This document shows, piece by piece, positions 27,033-35,829 of a stretch of 64,000 nt of DNA. The stretch is from the NCBI GenBank assembly GCA_963613665.1, contig CAVEAL010000008.1, positions 14,943 to 78,942 of the forward strand, read 5' to 3'. Every line of letters starts with the position of its first letter. Position 1 is the first letter of the stretch. Under the pieces are notes generated by a model. That model had not been told where the DNA came from. It saw only the letters and a program-made list of their open reading frames with translations, and searched no databases. A program made the translations under genes and the position numbers. Source of the stretch: a bacterium (lineage in GTDB: Bacteria; Bacillota; Clostridia; Oscillospirales; Oscillospiraceae).

Positions 27033-28286
27033 ATGTCACTATGGGATATTATAGTCTGGCCGTTCGCCAGACTGCTGGAGATCCTCTATAACTGGACCGA
27101 CAGCTACGGTCTTGCCATTATTCTCTTCGCTCTTGTGGTCAATCTGATCCTCCTGCCGTTCATGGCAAAGAGCAAGAAGGGCATGATGAAGACCACCCGA
27201 ATCCAGCCGCAGCTCAAGGAGCTGGAGAAAAAACATAGGGGCAACCAGCAGAAGTATCAGCAGGAAGTCATGAAGCTGTATAAGGAGCAGGGCGCAAGCC
27301 CCACCTCCGGCTGCCTGTGGTCGCTGCTGCCCTTCCCGATACTCATCGCTCTGTACAGCGTCATCCGTCAGCCTCTCGGCAGCATGATGGGCCTGGGCGA
27401 GAGCAGTATCACAAAGCTCACCGAGTGGGCGACCGAAAATGCGGGCTTTGTAGCCTCCAAGCAGGGCACCTACGATCAGATCGGCGTCGCCGATGCTATC
27501 CACAAGAATTGGGACGCGGTCGTAAACGCGCTCGGCAACTTTGACGGAAAGCTTCTCGACATCGACTACGGCTTCATCGGTATGAACCTCGGCTCGATCC
27601 CCGACTGGAAGATCTGGAACTATGACTTCACGAGCGCCGACATCTTTGCGAACATCGGCCTGTTCCTTATCCCCCTGATCGCGGCGTTCCTTTCCTGGGC
27701 GTCGATGAAGATCAGCCAGGCGACCAATCCTCCGCAAGCCGGACAGGCGGCAATGAGCATGAAAACCATGAATATCATGATGCCTCTCATGTCCGTCTGG
27801 ATCTGCTTCATTATGCCTGCGGCTCTCGGCGTTTACTGGATCGCCAACAGCTGCTTCGGCATCGTCCGTGACCTTGTGCTCACCAAGTACTACAAGCGCA
27901 AGCTCGATATAGAGGACGCGGAGCGCATTGCGGCTCAGAAGGAGAAGGATGAGGAGCGCGCACGCCGCCATGAGGAGCACGAGCAGCTCAAGGCGGAGGG
28001 TGCAACTACCCGCAACAACAACACCAGCAAGAAAAAAATGCAGGCTCAGCAGAAGCAGGCCGACGCGGAGCGCATAGCCGCAAGCGAAAGAGCGGAGCGC
28101 GAGGCGCGCCTTGAAAAGCTCGGCATAGACAAGCCCGAGAACCCGTCTCAGGTCGGCAAGCGCCGCTATGCAAGAGGCAGAGCTTACGATCCCGACCGCT
28201 ACGCCGCAGAAATGACGGCGGCCGCCGCAGCGGAAGCTCAGAGCGAAGAAGAGCCTGAAAAGTCACAGGAGAACAGTGAAACATGA
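27033..28286 (+). CDS. yidC: YidC/SpoIIIJ membrane insertase with long charged C-terminal tail
   Basis: 60-kDa inner-membrane insertase core (ILLPFMAKS, NPTSGCLWSLLPFPILIALY). The last 130 aa or so are K/E/R/A-rich. Confidence 0.85.
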   Translation: MSLWDIIVWPFARLLEILYNWTDSYGLAIILFALVVNLILLPFMAKSKKGMMKTTRIQPQLKELEKKHRGNQQKYQQEVMKLYKEQGASPTSGCLWSLLPFPILIALYSVIRQPLGSMMGLGESSITKLTEWATENAGFVASKQGTYDQIGVADAIHKNWDAVVNALGNFDGKLLDIDYGFIGMNLGSIPDWKIWNYDFTSADIFANIGLFLIPLIAAFLSWASMKISQATNPPQAGQAAMSMKTMNIMMPLMSVWICFIMPAALGVYWIANSCFGIVRDLVLTKYYKRKLDIEDAERIAAQKEKDEERARRHEEHEQLKAEGATTRNNNTSKKKMQAQQKQADAERIAASERAEREARLEKLGIDKPENPSQVGKRRYARGRAYDPDRYAAEMTAAAAAEAQSEEEPEKSQENSET

Positions 28287-29050
28287 TAAAGTCTTTGGAA
28301 ACCACAGGCCGCACCGAGGATGAAGCCATCGCCGCAGCCCTGAAGGAACTCGGACTTGAGCGCGACGATGTTTCCGTAACCGTCGTCGAGCGTGCAAAAT
28401 CCGGATTTCTGGGCATAGGCGCTTCTCCGGCAGTCGTGCGCGTCGAGTATGAAGCACCCGACGAGCCCGAGGCGGCGGCAGAGCCCGAGGCCGAGAAGGC
28501 CGCGCCGAAAGCCGAAGTCAAGGCTTGCGGGCAGGCAGAGGCAAAGCCCGCCGCGGAAGGCGAGTTTGCCGATATAAGAGCCTTCCTTGAGGGACTTCTC
28601 GAGCGTATGGACGTCAAGGCTGATATAGAGATCAGCCGCCGCGACGGCAAGAGCATTGCCGTCAATCTCTCCGGCCCGAATATGGGCGCGGTCATCGGCC
28701 GCAGGGGAGAGACCCTCGATGCGATCCAGCACCTGACCAACTACGTCGTAAACCGCGGCAGCGACAAGCACATGCACATCTGCGTCGATGCAGAGAGCTA
28801 CCGTGCAAAGCGCGAGGAATCACTTGTCCGCCTTGCCGAAAAGATGGCGGCAAAGGTCATAAAGTATAAGCGCAGCATGGCGCTTGAACCGATGAACAGC
28901 TACGAGCGCCACATTATCCACGCCGCCCTTCAGGACTACGAGGGCGTTACCACAAGCTCGACCGGCACAGAGCCCAACCGCCGCGTCGTCGTATCCTACG
29001 ACAGGCCGCAGAACACGGGAAATAAGCCGCAGAGCCGTGAATGGGCATAA
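28283..29050 (+). CDS. jag: Jag/KhpB RNA-binding protein (KH + R3H domains)
   Basis: N-terminal Jag_N (GRTEDEAIAAALKELG), IGRRGETLDAIQHL (KH), MNSYERHIIHAAL (R3H). Overlaps the yidC stop. Confidence 0.85.
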   Translation: MIKSLETTGRTEDEAIAAALKELGLERDDVSVTVVERAKSGFLGIGASPAVVRVEYEAPDEPEAAAEPEAEKAAPKAEVKACGQAEAKPAAEGEFADIRAFLEGLLERMDVKADIEISRRDGKSIAVNLSGPNMGAVIGRRGETLDAIQHLTNYVVNRGSDKHMHICVDAESYRAKREESLVRLAEKMAAKVIKYKRSMALEPMNSYERHIIHAALQDYEGVTTSSTGTEPNRRVVVSYDRPQNTGNKPQSREWA

Positions 29051-29071
29051 TGTATATTGGAGGAATAAATC

Positions 29072-29299
29072 ATGATACTTGAAAAGATACAGCAGATCCT
29101 TGCACAGCAGTTTGAAGTATCCGCAGGCAGCATTTCCGAAGACACCAATATAGTCGATGACCTCGGCGCGGATTCGCTTGACGTTGTCGAGCTCATCATG
29201 TCCGTTGAGGACGAGTTCGGCATCCAGATCCCCGATGAGGACGCAGCGGAGCTGCCCACCGTCGGCAGGATCGTAGAGTACATCGAAGCAAGACAGTAA
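29072..29299 (+). CDS. acpP: acyl carrier protein
   Basis: 75 aa with the DLGADSLDVVELIMSVEDEFGI phosphopantetheine-attachment motif. Confidence 0.85.
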   Translation: MILEKIQQILAQQFEVSAGSISEDTNIVDDLGADSLDVVELIMSVEDEFGIQIPDEDAAELPTVGRIVEYIEARQ

Positions 29300-29310
29300 T
29301 TGAATCAATG

Positions 29311-29341
29311 AAAAATCCCGTCCTGCCGGACGGGATTTTTT
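29311..29341. terminator. bidirectional intrinsic terminator
   Basis: aaaaatcccgtcc-tgcc-ggacgggatttttt. Confidence 0.85.
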
Positions 29342-29342
29342 G

Positions 29343-29789
29343 TTATTCATCATACGATATTGTTTTCAGCAGCTTTTTCAGAAGCGTGCCGAGCTCTGCT
29401 GCATCGTCAAGCGACAGATCGACACAGGCGGCGAGCCTTGACGGTATTGTGACCGCACGGTCCTTGAGAGCTTCGCCGGCCTCGGTTATCGTGACATTGA
29501 GTATGCGCTCGTCCGCGCTGTCGCGGGCTCTGGACACATAGCCCTTCTGCTCAAGCTTTTTCAGAAGTGGTGTGAGCGTGCCGGAATCGAGATACAGGAA
29601 GCTTCCGAGCTCCTTTACACTGATCTTCTTATGCTCCCACATGACCATCATCGCTATATACTGCGTGTAGGTAAGTCCAATCTCGTCCAAAAACGGCTTG
29701 TATTTGCGCACGACCTCCTTGGCGCAGGCATACAGAGGAAAGCATATCTGATTTTCGAGCTTCAGTACATCGTATTTGCTGTCATCCAT
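29343..29789 (-). CDS. ohrR: MarR-family regulator, OhrR-like
   Basis: LENQICFPLYACAKEV (sensing Cys near the N-terminus) and a winged-HTH core. Lies in an operon with a peroxidase. Confidence 0.7.
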   Translation of the reverse strand: MDDSKYDVLKLENQICFPLYACAKEVVRKYKPFLDEIGLTYTQYIAMMVMWEHKKISVKELGSFLYLDSGTLTPLLKKLEQKGYVSRARDSADERILNVTITEAGEALKDRAVTIPSRLAACVDLSLDDAAELGTLLKKLLKTISYDE

Positions 29790-29875
29790 ATCAATTGGAC
29801 CCGCCGTGCAGAGTACGGCAGCCTCTCCTCCGTGAATACTTTATGCATCCATTATACAACAACAGCCCCGCCGGT

Positions 29876-30139
29876 TCAAGAACAGCATTCGATTTTCGCC
29901 TTCATTACGGCTGACGCAAGTTGATCTGCGCATGAGGTCTGCTTCCTGCCGCAGGTATTGCCCGAAAGCAGGGCGTATATCTTATCGGCACTTTCACCGT
30001 CAAGCAGCTTGGCTATGGCTTTGAGATTGCCGTCGCAGCCGCCGAAGAACGATATGCTGCTGACCGTTCCGGCGCTGTCTATGTCAAACTCGATCTGCAT
30101 TGCGCAGACGCCCTCGGGCTCGTATTCGTAATGCATCAC
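29876..30139 (-). CDS. TSCPD-domain small protein (TIGR03905-like)
   Basis: 87 aa with FFGGCDGNLKAI and GNTCGRKQTSCADQLA motifs. Confidence 0.65.
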   Translation of the reverse strand: MMHYEYEPEGVCAMQIEFDIDSAGTVSSISFFGGCDGNLKAIAKLLDGESADKIYALLSGNTCGRKQTSCADQLASAVMKAKIECCS

Positions 30140-30609
30140 AGCAGCTCCTTTACTGCGCTTTCGATCATTTCGGGCCTTGTCATCGGAGCATAGCGCGCCA
30201 CGACATTACCCTCGCGGTCGATGAGAAATTTCGTAAAATTCCATTTGATCTGACTTCCTAACTTGCCGGTCTTTTGACTTTTGAGATATGTGTACAGAGG
30301 CTCTTCGCCTTCGCCGTTGACGCGTATTTTTGAAAACTGGTCAAAACTGACGCCGAATTTGACCTGACAGAAGCTGACGATCTCGTCCTCGGTGCCGGGC
30401 GCCTGTCCGGCAAACTGGTTGCAGGGGAAGTCCAGCACCTCAAAGCCGGATGAATTGTATTTTTCATATAGTTCCTGCAAGCCCTCGTATTGCGGAGTAA
30501 AGCCGCAGCCGGTGGCCGTGTTCACAATAAGCAGCACCTTGCCCCTGTATTTGCCGAGGCTGACCTCTGCGCCGGAGATGTCCTTTACCGTAAAATCATA
30601 AATACTCAT
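30136..30609 (-). CDS. glutathione peroxidase-family thiol peroxidase
   Basis: LIVNTATGCGFTPQY, FPCNQFAGQ and WNFTKFLI are canonical GPx motifs. Confidence 0.9.
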   Translation of the reverse strand: MSIYDFTVKDISGAEVSLGKYRGKVLLIVNTATGCGFTPQYEGLQELYEKYNSSGFEVLDFPCNQFAGQAPGTEDEIVSFCQVKFGVSFDQFSKIRVNGEGEEPLYTYLKSQKTGKLGSQIKWNFTKFLIDREGNVVARYAPMTRPEMIESAVKELL

Positions 30610-30633
30610 TTTCCCGAACTCCTAATTGAATAA

Positions 30634-30651
30634 AATTAAATTGCATACAAT
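30634..30651. promoter_or_regulatory. OhrR-type operator in the gpx operon leader
   Basis: aattaaattgcatacaat differs at one position from the B. subtilis ohrA operator segment AATTAAATTGTATACAAT as I recall it. It lies just downstream of TTGACA-18-TATATT (30660-30689, minus strand). Confidence 0.5.
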
Positions 30652-30810
30652 CTATCTGTAATATACACCCCGCTTCAGAGTTTTGTCAAGAGCTTTTTGA
30701 AAAATTTAATACGATGAGCAGCCTGTACAGAGTGAACGCGCGGTTTTTGTTGACTTAAAACACGGAAAAGAGTAAAATAAACTGATTAAGTATTTATTCC
30801 GGAGGGTGCT

Positions 30811-31587
30811 GTGGAAAAGCTCTCACATGCATATATCGTGTCCTCGGCGTCGGAAAGCGCACGGGAGGAGAAGGCTTTTTACCTCGCGGCGAAAATGCTG
30901 TGCCGGGGTGAGGGCGAGCGCCCCTGCGGCGCCTGCCGCGATTGCCGTAAGGTAAGGTCGCGTGTTCACCCCGATCTTGCGGTTATAGAGCGGATAAGCG
31001 ACGATAAGGGCAAGCAGAAAAAGGAGATACTGGTCGATCAGGTGCGCGCTATGGGTGCGGATGCCTATGTCCTGCCGAACGAGGCGGCGGCAAAGGTATA
31101 CATCATAAAAGACGCGGACACGATGAACGAGCAGGCGCAGAACGCTGCTCTCAAAATTTTTGAAGAGCCGCCCAAGGGGGTTCACTTTATCCTTTGCGTG
31201 TCAAATCCGGAGAGGCTTCTTGCTACGGTGCGCTCACGCTGCGTGCTCCTGAGCTGTGCAGGCGATGAGGATGCGGAGGACGAAACTGCCGCCGCGCTTG
31301 CCGATGAGTTTGTTGCCATCGAGCGCAGGGGAGACACACCGGCGCTGACGGCGTGGTGCTTTGCGCACGAAACGCTCGATGCAAGGGCGCTCGGAGATCT
31401 TCTGCTTGCACTCAAGCGCCGCTATACGGCGCTGCTGCTGTCGGAAAAGGATAAAATGCGCATAATGGATATTATACGGCTTCTTGACCGCTGCATGAAG
31501 TATCAGACGGTCAACACGGGCGTGAAACACATTCTGGGGCTGCTGGCGGTGCGCTCGGCAGCGGAAACGAGGAAAACAATTGACTGA
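30811..31587 (+). CDS. holB: DNA polymerase III delta-prime subunit
   Basis: GTG start after GGAGGG. HAYIVSS, CGACRDCRKV zinc module, HPDL, NALLKIFEEPP-like NAALKIFEEPP, and SRC (sensor). Confidence 0.8.
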   Translation: MEKLSHAYIVSSASESAREEKAFYLAAKMLCRGEGERPCGACRDCRKVRSRVHPDLAVIERISDDKGKQKKEILVDQVRAMGADAYVLPNEAAAKVYIIKDADTMNEQAQNAALKIFEEPPKGVHFILCVSNPERLLATVRSRCVLLSCAGDEDAEDETAAALADEFVAIERRGDTPALTAWCFAHETLDARALGDLLLALKRRYTALLLSEKDKMRIMDIIRLLDRCMKYQTVNTGVKHILGLLAVRSAAETRKTID

Positions 31588-32851
31588 GGTTATAAGCGTA
31601 AAATTTAAAAACAGGGGCAAGAGCTATTATTTTGCCCCGAACGGAAAAATCGTGAAAAGCGGCCAGCAGATCATAGTAGAGACCAGCAAGGGACTCGAGA
31701 TTGCGGACTGCATCCGCGGCAATCACGAGGTCGAGGACAATGCGGTCGTCCAGCCGCTGCGCCCGGTCGTGAGACTTGCCACTCGCGACGATCTGCGCGT
31801 TGCGGAGATAAACAAGCAGCGCGAGAAGGAAGCGTTCGATATTTGCCGGAAGAAGATCGCCGAGCACGGGCTGGACATGAAGCTCGTTGACGTCGAGTGC
31901 AACTTTGAGGGCAATAAGACCATGTTCTTTTTCACCTCCGACGGAAGAGTGGACTTCCGCGAGCTCGTTAAGGACCTTGCAGGAATATTCCGCAACAGGA
32001 TAGAGCTCCGCCAGATCGGCGTCAGGGACGAGGCAAAAATGCTCGGCGGACTCGGGATCTGCGGCAGACCCTTCTGCTGCAATCAGTTTATCGACGAGTT
32101 CCAGCCCGTGTCTACCAAGATGGCGAAGGTGCAGTCCATGTCGCTCAACCCCGGCAAGATATCCGGAAGCTGCGGCAGACTCATGTGCTGCCTGAGATAT
32201 GAGCAGGAGGCGTACGAGGAGCTCACGAAAAATGTGCCCAAGCAGGGCGCCTTCGTCGAAACTCCGATAGGCTACGGAAATGTCACGCAGGTGAACCTGC
32301 TGCGCCAGATGGTCAAGGTCAAGCTTGACGGCGAGGGTGACGATACGGTCAAGACCTTCCGCGCGGTAGAGGTCGCGGCGGTGCCCGGCGGCCGTCCCAA
32401 GGACGGCGAAACTCCGCCGTCGGTGCTCAAATACATCCCCGAGCCCGAAGAGGAAGAGGAGGAAGAGGACGAATGGAAGCTGCCGGAGCTGTTCGCTGCC
32501 GACAGTACGGACGGCGCGGCGCAGGAGAATGCTCCCGCAATGAAAAAGCGCAGCCGCAGCCGCCGCTCACACCGCGGCGGAAAGAAGCCGCAGGGCGAGG
32601 CAAAGCCTGCGGCGCAGTCCGAGCAGAGCTCTAAGGCTCCCGAGGAAAAGAAGGTATCGGCGAGACCCAGACCGAGAAATAACCGCCGCGGCGGAGGAAA
32701 AAAGTCCGAGGAAAAGAAGTCTGTCGAGCAGCAGCCAAAGCCGCAGCAGCAACAGGCAAAGAGTGCCGACGGCGAGAAAAAGAAAAGCAGCCGCCGCTAC
32801 TATCACCGCGGCAAGCCCAAAAACAAGGGCGGTCAGACCCAGAACCAGTAA
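31580..32851 (+). CDS. ricT: PSP1-domain protein RicT/YaaT with long disordered basic tail
   Basis: TTG start. PSP1 core with GICGRPFCCNQF and SGSCGRLMCCLRYE. Classic holB-yaaT order. The C-terminal 140 aa or so are E/K/R/Q-rich. Confidence 0.8.
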   Translation: MTEVISVKFKNRGKSYYFAPNGKIVKSGQQIIVETSKGLEIADCIRGNHEVEDNAVVQPLRPVVRLATRDDLRVAEINKQREKEAFDICRKKIAEHGLDMKLVDVECNFEGNKTMFFFTSDGRVDFRELVKDLAGIFRNRIELRQIGVRDEAKMLGGLGICGRPFCCNQFIDEFQPVSTKMAKVQSMSLNPGKISGSCGRLMCCLRYEQEAYEELTKNVPKQGAFVETPIGYGNVTQVNLLRQMVKVKLDGEGDDTVKTFRAVEVAAVPGGRPKDGETPPSVLKYIPEPEEEEEEEDEWKLPELFAADSTDGAAQENAPAMKKRSRSRRSHRGGKKPQGEAKPAAQSEQSSKAPEEKKVSARPRPRNNRRGGGKKSEEKKSVEQQPKPQQQQAKSADGEKKKSSRRYYHRGKPKNKGGQTQNQ

Positions 32852-32869
32852 TGATCCCGGAGGCGAGAT

Positions 32870-33367
32870 ATGAGCAGAAACAATAATGGTAAACGCTCAA
32901 TGAGCATGAAAACAAAATGGATAGTAACAGGCATACTCTGCGTTTTGGCGCTGCTTACGGTCGTTGTAGTTGCTGCTGACGGATGCTTTGATTTCAGAGC
33001 GGGCTCCGTTACGTCAAATAACAAGGCCGCAGTCGAGAGTGCCGCACCGGAAAGCAAGAAGGATACGGCCAAGACCGTAAATACGCACACCGTGCACGTT
33101 ACGGCCGGCAACGGCGGCAGCACCGATCCCAACGGCAGCACGACCGTCAGCGACGGAGGGAAGCTGGAGATCAAGATCACGCCCAATGACGGCTATGAGA
33201 TACAGTCGGTCATGGTAGACGGCAAGGACGTCGGCACCGTTGACAGCTATACGCTGTCAAACGTGACCGAGGACCACAGTGTCGTCGCTACCTTTGTAAA
33301 GAAGGTCGTTCCCACTCCGACACCCGCACCGGCAACTCCCGAGCCGGACGACGGCGACGACGAATAA
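32870..33367 (+). CDS. membrane-anchored protein with one bacterial repeat (InlB B-repeat/List-Bact type) domain
   Basis: N-terminal TM helix WIVTGILCVLALLTVVVVAA. HTVHVTAGNGGSTDPNGSTTV..GYEIQSVMVDGKDVG..YTLSNVTEDHSVVATF is typical of that repeat. Confidence 0.55.
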   Translation: MSRNNNGKRSMSMKTKWIVTGILCVLALLTVVVVAADGCFDFRAGSVTSNNKAAVESAAPESKKDTAKTVNTHTVHVTAGNGGSTDPNGSTTVSDGGKLEIKITPNDGYEIQSVMVDGKDVGTVDSYTLSNVTEDHSVVATFVKKVVPTPTPAPATPEPDDGDDE

Positions 33368-33379
33368 AAGCGGATAATG

Positions 33380-33411
33380 AAAAAATCCCCGACCGCGGTC
33401 GGGGATTTTCG
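33380..33411. terminator. bidirectional intrinsic terminator
   Basis: aaaaaatccccgaccgcggtcggggatttt. Confidence 0.85.
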
Positions 33412-33421
33412 TTTATCAAAA

Positions 33422-34825
33422 TCAAACCGTCATGCCGCCGGCGAAGCGATTGAACATCACCGCGACCTGAGCTCTTGAAGCGTCGGCCTTCGGGCTGAGC
33501 GTTGTTGCGCTCGTTCCGCTCACTATTCCGGCGCCGATCGCCCAGCACATGCTTTCGCGTGCAAAGGGGCTGACCTGCTGCGCGTCGGAGTAGCCGCCTA
33601 TATCGGCGTACACCTCCGTATTGTAGCCCTTGTAGTTTGCGTATCTGTTCAGGAAGGTCACGAACTCCTCACGCGTGAGCGTGCCGTCGGGAAGGAAGGT
33701 GCCGTCAACATAGCCGTTTGAAATATTGTTGTGCGCGCCCCAGAGCAGGGCGTTGTAGTAGTATTTGCCGGATTGAACGTCGGAAAAACGGTTTTCGTAT
33801 CCGGACACATCGGGGCTTCCCTCAAGCCTGTACAGCACAGTGAGCAGCATGGCGCGCGTCATGACGTCGTTCACGCCGAAGGTTGCAGCCGTAGTGCCCA
33901 TGAACAGCCCCGAAGAGACGACGTTGTCAATGTCGCTGTGCGCCCAATAGGCAGCGGGAACGTCGGTGAAGCTCTTCGACGGGCACTTGTCGCCGAGCGG
34001 GCACACGGGATCGCCCCAGACAGCCTTGAGCGTGCGTATCTTGTCGGCTGCGGAGCTTGACGTTATCGTGCTGCCGGTGCTCTCGTCCTGCCAATAGCCG
34101 AATTTCGTGCCGCTTATCGAAGCGGTCGGCAGCGAGCCGTAGGGCTTGTCCTTTTCGTAGGCAATAACGCGGTTGCCGCTGCTTAGCGTACCGCCGTTTG
34201 CATCGAAAACGACTGCGACATAATCGGTAAAGGCGGTGCTGTAATCGCCGCAGAGGAAAATTTCCGCTTCGTTCAGGCGTCGCTTTAAGAGACCCGGGAG
34301 TATCTCTCCGCCTGCCGAGCACAGCACGGCAAAGGCATCGGCGATCTCAAGATCGGGAATGCGGTTTCCGCTGCTGTCCTTGAAGCCTGCCTTGACATAG
34401 CGCGCAAGCCGCCATGAGCCGGCGTACGTTTCGACCCAGCTCGGTCCGAAGTTGTATGAAAGGCTCAGCATCGCGTCGAATACGTTCTGGTTTGCTTCGA
34501 GCCCGTAATTTGCTATTATGCGGTTTGCCGCCGCCTCAAATACGGCGATGTCCTGCTCAAAGTAAGCGTCGGCCTGCTCCGCCGTGATCTCCATGCCCTC
34601 GTAAACGTCCGGACCGTAGTGACCGTAGCCTATCGTCCAGTACTCTTCGCTCGAGTGTGCCTTGTAAGCCTTGAGCCTTACGCCCTCCCAGTATTTTATG
34701 AGAGTTTTAAGCTCCTCGCTGGCTTTCATGGCTGCCTCCTCGGTTTCGCTGTCAGCCAGAGCCGATGCCGGAACAAGGCTGACGAGCATCAGAACGGCAA
34801 GCAGAAATGCTATGTATCTTTTCAT
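33422..34825 (-). CDS. secreted GH24-type lysozyme with repeat domain and C-terminal SLH domains
   Basis: Signal peptide. YWEGVRLKAYKA..YWTIGYGHYG resembles the T4-lysozyme catalytic segment. A central List-Bact-type repeat (VVFDANGGTL). SLH repeats (FTDV..., FSDV...). Confidence 0.75.
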   Translation of the reverse strand: MKRYIAFLLAVLMLVSLVPASALADSETEEAAMKASEELKTLIKYWEGVRLKAYKAHSSEEYWTIGYGHYGPDVYEGMEITAEQADAYFEQDIAVFEAAANRIIANYGLEANQNVFDAMLSLSYNFGPSWVETYAGSWRLARYVKAGFKDSSGNRIPDLEIADAFAVLCSAGGEILPGLLKRRLNEAEIFLCGDYSTAFTDYVAVVFDANGGTLSSGNRVIAYEKDKPYGSLPTASISGTKFGYWQDESTGSTITSSSAADKIRTLKAVWGDPVCPLGDKCPSKSFTDVPAAYWAHSDIDNVVSSGLFMGTTAATFGVNDVMTRAMLLTVLYRLEGSPDVSGYENRFSDVQSGKYYYNALLWGAHNNISNGYVDGTFLPDGTLTREEFVTFLNRYANYKGYNTEVYADIGGYSDAQQVSPFARESMCWAIGAGIVSGTSATTLSPKADASRAQVAVMFNRFAGGMTV

Positions 34826-35091
34826 GCGGGTCTCTCCTGTGGTGCGTGAAAATAAGTTTAAAAATAAGTGGCAAAAGTGTTACATCAAGCATTTTAACAA
34901 AAAAATGCTGAAAAATCAAGGCTTTTGTTGTCGAAGGACATACGGGGCGGAAGCGCAGACTCAAAATAGGGCAAAAGTCGCCTAAACGCCGCGGCTTCCG
35001 GGAGACTATTTTGTAACAGGCGCTTATTGACATACACGGAGGGATATTATAAAATTTATTGTAAAAACGTTTTTTTGAGGAGCTGAATACA

Positions 35092-35829
35092 ATGCGTGAT
35101 TACAGCAAGGAATTTGCCGACAGAGTGCAGTATATAAGGGCGCTCGTGGAGGAAAGCGGCGTTGACGGCATCGTTTTCGGAAACTCCGGCGGTAAGGACT
35201 CCGCCCTCGTCGGCATACTGTGCAAATTCGCCTGCGAGAACACGGTCGGCATTATGATGCCCTGTGCGTCAAAGCGCAATTTTGAGCAGGATATGAAGGA
35301 CGCAAAGGAGGTCGCTGAGCATTTCGGCATCGAAAGCCGCGTGATCGACCTGACCGATGTGCGTCAGGCGGAGATCGACAGGCTTCAGGGCATAACGACG
35401 CTCACGAATGCAGCGGTCAACAACATTGCGCCGCGCCTGAGAATGGCTACGCTCTACGCCGTCGCGGCGTCAGAGTACCGCCTCGTCGCCGGAACCGGCA
35501 ACCGCAGCGAGAGATATATGGGCTACTTCACAAAATGGGGCGACGGCGCCTGCGACTTTAATCCCATATCCGACCTCACCGCGAGCGAGATCATTGAGTT
35601 TCTCAAATGGCTCACGGCGCCGGCGTGCATCATAAACAAGGCCCCCTCCGCCGGACTTTTCGACGGTCAGACCGATGAGAACGAGATGGGCGTGAGCTAC
35701 GCCGCGATAGACAGCTATATAAACGGCGGCGAGGTGAGCCCCACGGAAAAGAGGATCATCGACCGCTTCCACCGTAATTCCGGCCACAAGCGCAGCGGAA
35801 TCAACGTATTTAAGCAGATAGATGAGTAA
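35092..35829 (+). CDS. nadE: ammonia-dependent NAD+ synthetase
   Basis: GNSGGKDSALVG PP-loop and TGNRSERYMGYFTKWGDG motif. Confidence 0.85.
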   Translation: MRDYSKEFADRVQYIRALVEESGVDGIVFGNSGGKDSALVGILCKFACENTVGIMMPCASKRNFEQDMKDAKEVAEHFGIESRVIDLTDVRQAEIDRLQGITTLTNAAVNNIAPRLRMATLYAVAASEYRLVAGTGNRSERYMGYFTKWGDGACDFNPISDLTASEIIEFLKWLTAPACIINKAPSAGLFDGQTDENEMGVSYAAIDSYINGGEVSPTEKRIIDRFHRNSGHKRSGINVFKQIDE

